DNA of 64,000 bases from Syncephalis fuscata S228. Taxonomy: Eukaryota > Fungi > Zoopagomycota. Location of the stretch: contig JAHLTZ010000008.1 of the NCBI GenBank assembly GCA_025786725.1, forward strand, positions 1 through 64,000, read 5' to 3'. The notes below the pieces were generated by a model. The model was not told the DNA's origin. It did no database searches and saw nothing but the letters and a program-made list of their open reading frames with translations. Positions 13,120 through 24,980 of this stretch are shown here, piece after piece. Each line of letters starts with the position of its first letter. The first letter of the stretch is position 1. The position numbers and the translations under genes were made by a program.

Positions 13120-13753
13120 CACTTATATTTTTTATTTACTCATTTCACTCATTTTTCTTGATACTTTTAAATACAATTAAATACTTGTTAACTACTATAA
13201 CATGTATTGTTATACATCCAACATTAATTAATTCATGTGTAATTGTCAGTATAATAACGTAATCAATTAGTTATATGTATTATTGCTTTAATATATACAT
13301 TGTCATTATAATATTAATTGTTTAAATGCCATTTATTTAGTCAGATTGGCTATATGGAAGGTGGCTGTTTAATAAACAATATTTATAATAATTATATCAA
13401 TCCTAATCTTACATCACAAACATGCCCAAAATGCAATAGTAGAATATTAGAAAATAAAACCGACTATTCAAACGCAATAATTCATGCTGTACGTAGATAC
13501 GATGACTGCGAAACGATATGAAATCGATCATATGGCTTCTATTAATATTCGATCAATCTTTCTACACATAGCCAACAACAACAATAATCGGCCTCAAATG
13601 CTTCAAAGAAATTAAATAGTATGTTATATTATTTATTTGAATCAATTTATTAACAATATTTAATAGAAAGTAATATAACTATGTTATGCATAACGGCATG
13701 ATTTTGATTGGAACGAATTGTGCTTTGGGGCAGATGTGGGAGCAAAGTAAAAT
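13120..13753 (+). mobile_element. Decayed non-autonomous element carrying a Fanzor/TnpB C-terminal remnant (copy 1)
   Basis: 13411-13615 translates, allowing one TGA and a 2-nt deletion, as TSQTCPKCNSRILENK...HAVRRYDDCETI*NRDHMASINIRSIFLHIANNNNNRPQMLQRN. This fits the TS-x2-CxxC...CxxC...RD-x2-A-x2-NI zinc finger/RuvC-III signature. Confidence 0.75.
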
Positions 13754-14066
13754 ATCAATTAAAATTACTTTACAACCGGCATTAATTATCATAGTTAGAT
13801 TACAATACACTGAATAACTTGTATGAAATTAAGCAATAGTAAAATAAAACTAGGAACGAGTAATTATATTGCTACTGAACAAAGCTATTGGTCTATAAAT
13901 AATAGGCATTGTTATTATTCTACATTGTTATGGATGTTATTAAAACAGAGTTTTAAATGTATATGAATGGTAGCGGAGTAAATGGCTGAATATAAAGTTG
14001 CACGAATGAAAAGTCTATTGCTGTTCGTTCTCTATTATTTCGCACTCTCCAACCATCTTGATAGCC

Positions 14067-15849
14067 ATGCATTTTCAGCATACTAATACTATATTCTTAC
14101 TAGTCGGTGCGTTTGCATATGTCTCTCAGACATATATATTGCCAGCTGAAGCATGTCTAGCGAGAAAAAGATCAGAACCTATTGTAAATTCGTTACTGAC
14201 TTACATTCAGTCGTCGGTTGAGCCGAAAGACCTGAATAGTTTAAACGAACCACTAGCAGCAACTCACGATATTTATAGCGTATTTCTTGGCTATACGCGT
14301 CATTGTTTATCCGATAATAATGCTAAATTGTCACCGCGAAATACTTTATTTGGTTCTGGCATGCTATTATATCCCGATCCAATGTCTATAGAGACAAATG
14401 CCGATGCACCACTTGAACGGCCTTGCATCAGAGCAGATTCGAATGAGAAACCGGATCAATTCTGCCAAGTATGGACCAACGAAAATACATGGTCGCGTTT
14501 GGCCAAGGTTCAACTTGATATTACAGAGGAGATGCTTTGTCTCCTGAACTAATAGATGGATGGGAAGTGGCCGATCGATATGGCTATGATGCACCACCAT
14601 TAATCACCTGGCAAAATACACGATTTATACCCAAACATCTTATAAGACCAGATCCTGATGTTACGGGCGCTATTGAATCTGTCCGTGTTTCATCGACAAC
14701 CAGACAATGGATTGCCGATGATGGTGGCATTCGACTTGATCCAGATCGCAATGCACCGCCACTACTGCATCTTGTATGTCCTTATCAGCGACAAAAGACT
14801 GGCTTGGGCAGATATCAAATGTGATTGAATGGGACGATGCAAGCCATCTATCATTCCGTCCAGCAAGCGAATTGGCTAAACGACGTGTTGTTGCAGTAGG
14901 CGATCTACACGGTGATTTTGCCAATTCGCTTAACGTGTTTAAAATGGCCAATATTATTGATGAAGAAGGTCATTGGGCTGGTGGTAATTATACTGTATTT
15001 GTACAAACAGTAAGATAGCTTGAATCTAAAGTAATAACAGTTTACTAATTTATTATTATTGTTGTTGTTGTTGTTATTAGGGAGATATTGTGGATCGAGG
15101 TCATGATACGATCGCATTATATACATTTATGCGACGATTAAAAACAGAAGCCAGCAATGCTGGTGGACGCGTTGTACAGCTTTTAGGCAATCATGAACTT
15201 ATGAATGTAGCTAATGATTTGCGATATGTAACAACCGAGGATTATGCATCATTTGGTGGACCATATGAACGCCAAAAAGCATTCTCTCAGTATGGTAGTA
15301 TTGGTAGTCGGCTTTTTAAACTACATCTTGTACATCGTGTAGGTGATACGGTATTTACACATGGCGGTATTAACGAAGAATGGGCTCAACATGGAGTACG
15401 CAAAACGAATCGTGATACAACAAAAGGTCTTCCACCTTATATAGCCGAGACTGACATGTATCAGCGCTATTATGGCTGGCCAATATTTGGCGATGAAGGA
15501 CCAGCGTGGTATCGTGGATATGCTCTACATGCAGAAGATTACATTTGTCGCTCGTTATATCGAGCATTAAAAAAGCTGAATGTAAGCAAATTATATAATA
15601 CAATGCTGAATAATTCACTAATAACATTGCTCATACTAGGTTAAACGTATGGTTGTAGGCCATACTTGGCAACAATCAGGTCGTGTTCTGTCAAGATGTA
15701 ATAATCGCTTTTTTGTCATTGATATAGGCATATCTGCCGTCTATGGTAGATTCCAGGGTGCATTGGAAATTGATCCAAGTGGCCAAGTAACGGCACTTTA
15801 TCCAAAGGGTCCGGAGACATTGGTCCAGCCTCCAACCAAAACACTTTAA
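14067..15849 (+). CDS. Secreted calcineurin-like metallophosphoesterase (Shewanella-like PPP phosphatase) with N-terminal extension; two apparent 1-nt frameshifts, two introns
   Basis: Motifs GDLHG, GDIVDRG (across intron ~15011-15080), GNHE, THGG, VVGHT and IDIGIS. Hydrophobic N-terminus MHFQHTNTIFLLVGAFAYVSQTYILPAEA. Frame slips at ~14528 and ~14760. Confidence 0.85.
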
Positions 15850-15871
15850 AATTGTATTAAATTAATGGAGT

Positions 15872-16215
15872 TACTGTACTTTGACTCTTACATTTTTATT
15901 TACTCATTTCACCCCTTAACACATTTAAATACAATTAAACATTTATTCATCACTACAATATGTGCATTGTAGCATGTATAATATTACATCGCAAATATGT
16001 CCAAAATGCAATAGTAGATAATTGGAAAATAAAACCAACCATTCAAACGCAATAATCCATGCTGTACATAGATGCAACGACTGCAGAACGATATGGAATC
16101 GCGATCATATGGCTTCTATTAATATCCAATCAGTCTTTTTACGCATAGCCAACAACAACAATGATCAATCTTAAATGTTTTAATGAAATCAAATAGTATG
16201 CTATATTCTTTATTT
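15872..16215 (+). mobile_element. Fanzor/TnpB remnant (copy 2)
   Basis: 15986-16174 reads TSQICPKCNSR*LENKTNHSNAIIHAVHRCNDCRTIWNRDHMASINIQSVFLRIANNNNDQS*. The 5' end TACTGTACTTTGACTCTTACATTT is shared with copy 3. Confidence 0.8.
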
Positions 16216-16971
16216 AAATGTTTAATATTATTACTGATACAATGTTCTGTTATATTTAATTCAATTCAATTTTATGGAAATGATAATATTATTACACTAC
16301 GTAAATATTTATTATGAATGATCATTTAAACACAAATTAATCTAATCAATTCATTACAATCGATTGTGTAAAAAGATTTACTACCGGGGATTAAAGTAGA
16401 TCGTCAACCAGTAGTAATATGTAATTCGTCGTGCTAATTGGCTTTAACAATATGTGGAATGAAAATTGACTACTTGATGAAGGAATGATGATTATGATTT
16501 TTGATGATATTTGTAATCATGTGTTCGGCATGCCATGCAATGTTTGCTGTATCTTTAATACATAAATAAGAGAATGCAGAACACATTTTGAATAAAGGAG
16601 AAGATTTTTTAAGTCGAGTTTTATTGTATTAGTTTCGAGTGTTTATTTACGAGTCATCTAAGCCGACAAGTGCGACTACTTGTAATAGTTTGACTAACGT
16701 GCCATTCTTTTGAGTAGAAAATTTGATTTATTTTAAATTGAACAATAAAGTGTGTGGCTACGTAAAGAATATACTGTAATGGCATCTCTGTCAGGGACCG
16801 TAGTGCCATCAAGTAGTGCTAATAAATCCCCTCCACAAATATCTAACTAATCTAAATTCCCACGCCTTTACGTGTTTAAGGCGGCACTTCTTTATCTTCT
16901 TCACTTCTTCATTTCGCAACAGGCCATTTCGTCGCTAAAACAAATATTGTTTGAATACATACGTTGCGAGT

Positions 16972-18371
16972 ATGAACAGCGTTGCAAATCGTCTATCTTG
17001 CTTAGCCACTCGCGCTCCCCATAGTGCATTGCGTCCATTGCAATCCAAACTACAGGTAAATGTAATAAATCTGACTACTTTCTTTGCAAGTATTCCTAAC
17101 TATAACTGTCAATTTTTATTACTGTAATATACAATTTAGCTAAATGGTATTCGTGGTCTTGCTTCGGCAGCATCTGGTGCAAATCCCGATGGCATAAAGC
17201 CAGGTGTAGCTCATTCGCAGCTACTATGCACCACCACAGATGCAGCAATGGCCAATCCGGAGCTTGAAGCAATTGCTAGTGGCGATACAAAGCGCATGAA
17301 CTTGTACCAGTCCGTTAACGAAGCACTTGCCGTGGCTTTAGCATCGGACGAGACAGCCGTGGTATTTGGCGAAGACGTGGCGTTTGGCGGCGTTTTCCGG
17401 TGCACCATGGGACTAGCTCAGCAATTCGGCAAGAATCGTGTTTTTAACACGCCGCTATGCGAGCAAGGTATTGCAGGCTTTGGCATTGGTATGGCCGCTG
17501 AAGGACATACAGCCATTGCGGAAATACAATTTGCCGATTATATCTTTCCAGCATTTGATCAACTGGTTAATGAGGCGGCCAAGTATCGGTATCGCTCCGG
17601 TGGTCAATTTGACTGTGGCGGTCTAACTGTTCGTACACCTTGTTCTGCTGTGGGCCATGGCGGCCATTATCACTCACAGACACCAGAAGCGTATTTTGCG
17701 CATACACCCGGACTTAAAGTTGTTATGCCACGCAGTCCTATTCAAGCAAAAGGTCTATTATTGGCATCGATTCGCGATCGCAATCCAGTTATTTTCATGG
17801 AGCCTAAAATACTTTATCGCGCAGCTGGTACGTAATTACACTTTTAATATGAATATAGGCTAATGAATAGCCGAATAGTTGAACAAGTACCAGTTGATGA
17901 CTATGAGCTTCCTCTTGGCAAGGCCGAAGTATTGAAAGAGGGTTTGTAGCTAGTATGATTGGCTTGCCAATAGCTAATAATATCTTTATAATAGGCAAAG
18001 ACATTACTTTAATTGGATGGGGATCACAAATCTACGCACTTGAAAATGCCATACAAATCGCTGAGAAGCGTATGCCTGGTATTAGTTGCGAACTAATAGA
18101 TTTGCGTACCATATCACCTTGGGATATGGACGCAGTTGTGAATTCAGTTAATAAAACAGGTCGTTTAGTTGTGGCACATGAAGCACCACAAACAGGTGGA
18201 TTTGCCGCCGAAATTATAGCAAAAGTTACTGAGCGCTGCTTTTTGCGATTGGAATCGCCGCCACAACGAGTCTGTGGATGGGACACGCCTTTCCCATTAG
18301 TATTTGAACGCTTCTACATGCCTTCTATGATTCGCTGCTACGAGGGAATACGACGAGCAATGGAATTTTAA
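16972..18371 (+). CDS. BCKDHB: 2-oxoisovalerate (branched-chain 2-oxoacid) dehydrogenase E1 beta subunit, mitochondrial
   Basis: [63 protein letters not shown]. Presequence-like exon 1 at 16972-17055; three introns. Confidence 0.96.
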
Positions 18372-18589
18372 CGATTTGTCTTTGTTTATTAATCTAATTT
18401 GCTCGTTAAACGAATAAAAGACAACCGTACATAACAAATGAATACAAGTGTTTATATGATAGATATTTACATTGTGTAATTGTAGCTTATAATAAAACAT
18501 TAACAATACTAGCAGAATAACTATATAGCACCGTTAAGAATGGCAATGACAAGCCAGTAAGGAAAAAGATTAGTTATATAATATCCATA

Positions 18590-19245
18590 TTAGTCAGCGT
18601 TAATGCCGGTAAACATATCGGAACAGCAATTGTTACGAAGTCGATCTCTATGCTGTGCCCGTAAAGCTCGTGACAACCAGCTTCGCATGCAATCGTATCG
18701 AGCACTACTGCCGCCAATACGCTTCATAGCAATGGCGTTAACGCCACTGGCCGACCTCCATATTTGCAATGAGGCTACACACGTATGTTTTCGCAATAAT
18801 CGATCGTGTTGGAGCTCGTCGACTGAAGGCCGCCATGCAACGGCCATTCGTTTACCATCTGGCGATGTAGAGTGCGGTACGCGATGCCGTATTAGCGTTT
18901 GTATAAGTAATTCGACGATTTTATCGACCCGTTGCAAAGATCGGTAAACAACGCGCGTTGAAGTTAGAATTTTAACCATACTACGTGGAATAGCTACAGG
19001 TGAGCGAGTAGCTGTCTTTGATGAATCTGATGTTAAATTTCCACTTGTATCGGCGTCTAATGGCGCACTAATCGCTTGTGGTAGATTTTTCGTTATTTCT
19101 ATTGGATGAGTATGGCCATTGGTGATGTTTGGTGTAAATCCAGCTGTCGTTGTTGCTTCAATTGTATCAATTGGGTCGATTGTTGTAGGCCGAGTTGAAC
19201 GAGGTTTAATTGGTGCAGATAAAAGATACTGAGCTGTATTATTAA

Positions 19246-19288
<43 letters not shown>

Positions 19289-21222
19289 TTATTATTATTA
19301 TTATTAGTAACTGTAACTGTAGTTATAACAGTATTGGTAGGAATAGCACTAGGAATAATATTAACAGGATTCCATTGATTATCTGATGGCGTAGGACTAT
19401 TGTTTGTTTGATCGGCATCGTATGAGGAAAGATCAAGTTGACTATTGGTACTTTCTGCCAAGTAGAGCGATTCAGCTTGCCACCTACGAGATTCGACTAA
19501 AGCATAAACAGAAACTTCTGGCGAATTTCTACATCTAATAAGGACACGTGATAAAGTGCGTGGCTTATTCTGTTCTTCATTGATACTTGATATGCACTAA
19601 TGATAGGCAAGCGTAATGAAAAAAGCGCACGTCGATTTTTACGACAATGAAGTGCTGTAGAGCCATTAGATGCCGGTAGTGATACTTCAGACGATGAGGC
19701 TACAAGTGTAAATGGGCGTGTTTTTACCTCAATATCCTGACGTGCTTCGTTAATGGCCTGGCTAGCGTCGTCGTGATCTTCTTCGTTTTCTTTTTTGTCC
19801 ATCGCTGTAATATCGTCCAAGTCTTCCGATACAATGGAACGTTCTAAAGCTTGACGAAGAGTGACGACAGCCATGCCTAAACACTTGGCCGCACGTATCA
19901 CCGACTCGCTATGAAATGGATAGTGTAGATAGAGGTAAGGATCGGGTAATGGCCAGCAATCGGGCGGTGGATTAGGCACTGGCGGTTCAGGCTCGCCTTT
20001 ACGCGGCGGTCCACGCACAAACGGATGTGCCAATAGCTTGTAGGATGTTGTGCGTTTCCAGGGATCAGGCCGCAGACAGCGTCGAATACAATCCCAACAA
20101 TCATATGATATATGTTCAGGTTCCCGTTCAATTGTTCCATTAAGTAAAGCGTGTAGATTACGCCGCTTTGATGGATCACCAAATGGAAGCTCACCGGTGA
20201 CCATAACAAACAATACAACGCCTAATTAATGATATTAATAAATTATATTTACCATTCAATGTACTACTCTACCTAGTGACCAAATATCGACTTCTGGCCC
20301 TATTATAATTACAAGTGTTATGCTACATCATTTACTATTAATAATGTGGCTAATTACCGATATACGATCGACCCATAAGAATCTCTGGTGAAGAGTATGG
20401 CAATGAGCCACACGATGTCTCCAATTGCGATCCAATTCGATAATAGTTGGCTAGGCCAAAATCAATAAGCCGGACATTATCATTGATATCGATTACAACA
20501 TTCTAAATTCATTTGTTTAATAAATAAATTTGTAACATAAGTAACTTACTTCTACTTTTATGTCTCGATGAACAACACAATAGCGATGACAATATTCTAT
20601 ACAGTAGTTATATTTATGGCACTATAAATTATCATTGCCTATGCTTACCTACAGCATCTACTAATTGCTGAAAGTAGCGCTGGGCCTCCCATTCGAGCAT
20701 ACCTCGCTCTCCTACACGATCTGCTAACGGTTCGCCTTTGACATATTCATAGAATAGATAAAATCTTTTTGGATCTGTTCGAAAATCGAGCAATGCCACT
20801 ATATTTGGATGTCTGAGATAGCGTGTTAAATTGGCTTCGCGCACAACACGCTCGTCCATCGTTGTTTCTCGGCCATTACGACGCCGACGACGTCGCTGTG
20901 CTTTTTCTGCGCCTTCCTCGCCATTATTTGCGGTGTTTTTGTTACGTGAACGACGCTCACGAGGAATAATTTTTACGGCTAACTAAGCCGCTGTTAGTGT
21001 AGGAATCAAATCCATCGCTCCACGCTCGTCATTTACCTTTTCACAAGTGAGTGCACTACGTACTAATTTCACTTTTCCGTAGCCTCCCTCGCCTAGATTG
21101 CGCAGTATACCAAATTCACCTAGAGGAATACCTAGTGGATACGGTTCTTCAGAAGCGTCTTGGCCACGCGCTTTCTCCAAAGTAATCGCACTGATGTCCG
21201 GCATCGAGATGCGAGTATGCAT
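18590..21222 (-). CDS. Kin1/MARK-family Ser/Thr kinase with C-terminal KA1 domain; multi-exon, apparent frameshifts at ~19590 and ~19290
   Basis: LGEGGYGKVKL, HRDIKVEN, LIDFGLAN, TSCGSLPYSSPE, DIWSLG. Poly-Asn linker. C-terminal AIAMKRIGGSSARYDCMRSWLSRAL resembles KA1. Confidence 0.88.
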
Positions 21223-22024
21223 CGTGTATATGGTATGAAATCGATTACAGTAACACTTTTTTCAGTAGCATGGCGCTATTGCGCCAATGATATACGCTTT
21301 GTGTGTATAATTGTGCGTATAAACACACGATTTGGTCAATTTACCAGTAGCTTTAATTTAATTAAAATTGCGTGGATCAAATAATGGAGTTGTTTTTTTG
21401 TTGATGTTACTTGTTCGTTGTGTTGATGTGTATACAGTAATTGTTATAATAATTGATGAAATACAATCTAGGACTGCTCCTAAGTAATAGATGTGCACAG
21501 TTGTAGCACCGAAAGATGCAAATAAACAGAAAGATACACAGAAAAAGCAAGAAACATCAACTGAGTTGTACCATTAGTGAACATTACAGTAAATAATAAC
21601 CCATTAATTTTTAGGTTGTGATGGAATCCAAATGTCTTGGTTTGCCGTTTATTGTCACTGTGAGGTGAGATAGTAGATCATAGATCAATAGAAAAATAGA
21701 AAGGTCGTGGGCAAATAAATAGATGGATAGGTAGTTAGATAGGCAGGTAGGCAGGTAGGCAAGCAAATAGACAAGTAGACAAAGGAACAGACAGACAAAT
21801 AAAAAAAGGGCGCGTAAAAGGCTTGCGAATATCTATTCTACTACAGTAGATACAATTTAAAATGGACACGGGTTGTGAAGGAGTGGTCTATTCTAGTCAT
21901 GGCATGAAATAATGTTGTTGTCGTCAAGTGAAGCCGTCGGAGGTCAAATCACCGGATGACCAACAATAGCAACAACGGCTGGGCACTCATGAATTGTTTA
22001 CAAAATGAACTAGCAATTTTTTAT

Positions 22025-23412
22025 TTATGCATGATGTGGCGAATGCCATTTTTTCTTGCTTTGAAATCGCTGATACTTTTGTCCTTTCGATAGTGTCGAG
22101 GCAGCAATGCGATTAGAGCGCGAATTATGTTGCATATCTTTATTTGCTGTAAAACCCGGTTTGCCTGGTCTTTGAAAGGAATGCACCGTATTTGCTAATG
22201 CTGATCTTGAATCTTTAATCGATGCTGCGCTATTTGCTTTTTTAATGTCAGGGACGATGTCATATCGACCAGCTACCGAATTTGCTCGCCAATTTTCATC
22301 CATATCACAACGGGGAAAATGACTTGTTTAGCCTAAAGGTATTTATACATATCAATCAATATTATTTCTACTATTATTGATGCTATGGTAATAATACTTG
22401 TGGTTTTGATTGGCGGCCTCCTGAAAATGCATTCTGTTTAAATGACTGCTCCTTATTAAAGGAGGGTAAATAACTTGATCGATCCTCTTCCCCTTCATCA
22501 GCTGCATTATATACATGGCGTGTGCCTACTGATGCCATTTGTCGTTTCTGGCGTTCATGTGCATACTAGAATCGAATAATTAATAAAATGATATTAGATA
22601 AAACGATCTTACCAATAACTTTTGATGCTGTTTATTTTTATCAGCTATACGTTCAGCTAGCTCATGACCACGGCGTTTTTCTTGTTCCAATTCATCTTGA
22701 ATAACTAAATTAAATATATTATTAAACTATTAACCTACTATCTGACAGTACATGCATTTAATACGTTCACGCAATCCTGTAATTAAAATAAATGAATAAA
22801 TAAATTAGTACTATATTCTATTTTGTATATTAAAACTTGCGAGCAACTTCTCCATTAGCATTGGTTAGTGCCGCTGTTGTTTGTTCTTCCAATAGTCGGT
22901 ATTTGTTATCATGTACTTTGCGTAGCATTTCCTGATAACCAATCTCCTGCGTTACTTGGTAGGTCCAAAAAGATAATGCACGCTGGCAGACATCAGCAAT
23001 AATGTCTGGTCTAAGTCCGGCCAGTACAGACTATATGGAAAATAAATAAGCAGCATTATACAAATCGCTTCTTATTACCGATTTATAGTCTTCCGATGGA
23101 TTCAACTCGGCCAAAACAATATCGTTGCTATATAATTTAGCATGGATGCTCTATTTATTCTCTGCTGCTATCGATTTACCTTGCAGTCAGGCTAGTCTGG
23201 CAGGAAGGACACAGTAAAGAGATGCTGAATGCAGTATCGGCACAAGCAACGCAGAAAATATCTACGCATACAATCAGTTGATGTCACTATAATGCATATT
23301 TACCACGTCACAACAGCTACATACGCGAACAAGTGGTAACGCAAGCATGTGTCTCACTCCCACCCAGTGATTTGCGGCATTTGCCGTTATTACATCGTAG
23401 TTCGACGTCCAT
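22025..23412 (-). CDS. HEI10: HEI10/CCNB1IP1 meiotic RING E3 ligase, multi-exon
   Basis: Spliced: MDVELRCNNGKCRKSL...VTTCSHIFCVACADTAFSISLLCPSCQTSL...DIVLAELNPSEDYKSSVLAGLRPDIIADVCQRALSFWTYQVTQE, then coiled coil. Confidence 0.9.
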
Positions 23413-23551
23413 ACACGTTTAACAACATATAAAATTCCGACACATGGATTCAGATGTAAAGTGAAAGACATGACATCATCTAAACAAGTATAAAATCGTA
23501 TTTTTGTATAATACTTTCATCTTTTTTACTACTCCTTTAATCACTTACACA

Positions 23552-24609
23552 ATGTTAAACAAAATTATACATGTTAAATTGAACGGCGGCCAAAAGCAGC
23601 TAGAGGGCCAGCTACAACTGCCGGATGATAGTAATGCTGGTCTTTGTCTTTTTGTCCATGGCAGTGGCAGTTCACGCTTTAGTCCAAGGTAATGATTATT
23701 GATAATCATTACCTATTTACTTAATTAATTAAAATACGTATCCTTACTATTTATTAATAGAAATCGGTAAATATCAGCCCATTTACTCATGTTTATTATT
23801 AATAAGATAAAAAAGACTAGTAGCCGATCACCTTTACAGTAATAGTATTGGCTTTCTATTGCTGGATTTGCTAACTCCAGACGAAGAAAGAGAAGATAAT
23901 GAGACACGTGAATTGCGTTTTGACATTCCATTGTTAGCTAAACGAGTAGTAGCAGTTATTGATGCTTTACAAGAGCATAGTAGTACACGGGACCGACCAA
24001 TAGCGCTATTTGGCGCATCTACTGGTGCCGCCGGTAAGAAGTCTAGCCCAGTATTGAATAGCAACACTTGTATTAACTGTGCAATTTTGATGCACTAATA
24101 GCGGCCATCATGGCAGCTTATGAACGACCAGACCCTGTCAATGTATTATATCCCGAGGCGGTCGACCAGACCTGGTGCCAGCATCAATTTTAAGTGGTAC
24201 TCAACTGCCGTCGTTATTCATTGTGGGTGGCAACGACGCTTCAGTTCTCAAGGCAAATGAACTAGCCTTGAACATGCTTGGCGCACGTGAAAAGCGTTTA
24301 GAAATAGTTCCACATGCCACTCACTTATTCATAGAGTCAGGTAAGTGGCGGTTTATAAAGATCGACACGTGCACAGTGATATAGAAAAAGAAAAAGAAGG
24401 AGACAAGTTGAATAGAAACGCAGGTCAAACTAAATTACCGCTGATCCTATTTCCTTATTATCCGTCTGTCTGTCTGTGTGTGTGTGTGCGTATCTATTTC
24501 TATATAAATACGCATATACAAATTAATTGTTTTAGGTGCTCTGGAACAAGTGGCTGTCCTGGCTAGTAACTGGTGCCTTCAATATTTGCGTCCACCTTTG
24601 TTTCAGTAA
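23552..24609 (+). CDS. Dienelactone-hydrolase-like alpha/beta hydrolase of bacterial type; four introns incl. a 6-nt micro-exon (23761-23766)
   Basis: HGSGSSRFSPRNR, DLLTPDEE, LRFDIPLLA, nucleophile elbow FGASTGAA, SRGGRPDL, VPHATHLF. Stop TAA at 24607-24609. Confidence 0.9.
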
Positions 24610-24980
24610 GCTTTGAGGCTATTCTTAGCTCTTTACACTTGCGTCAATAGGCCCCTTTTTTGTCCTTGTGCTTGAAAGCTCGCCTGGTTGTTCATATTCA
24701 TCTTGCGCATTCGCTTGTTCTACTCTTCATTCACTTTCTCTATTGCACTCTTAAAATAGTTTTTCATAAGTCTCGTGGCATGCTTGAGAATCGTTATTAA
24801 GCGTGTTTCTGATTTCGTAACATTGTCCAGCTGATCGTAGTGTTGCCACACGACCATTGCTTAATCTAGTGTTATAAAGCCAAATATTATTTGCTTATTC
24901 GCTTTTTGAGCACGGTTTTTTGTGCTTCCTCTTGCAGGTCAAAAGGTTTTGTTTAATCGTAGCCTCTATTATACTCCACA

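Noticed and set aside
19099-19461. Poly-Ile transmembrane protein ORF
   Set aside because: Out-of-frame reading of an (AAT)n poly-Asn tract in the kinase after a 1-nt slip; the alternative frame runs open into the KA1 domain.
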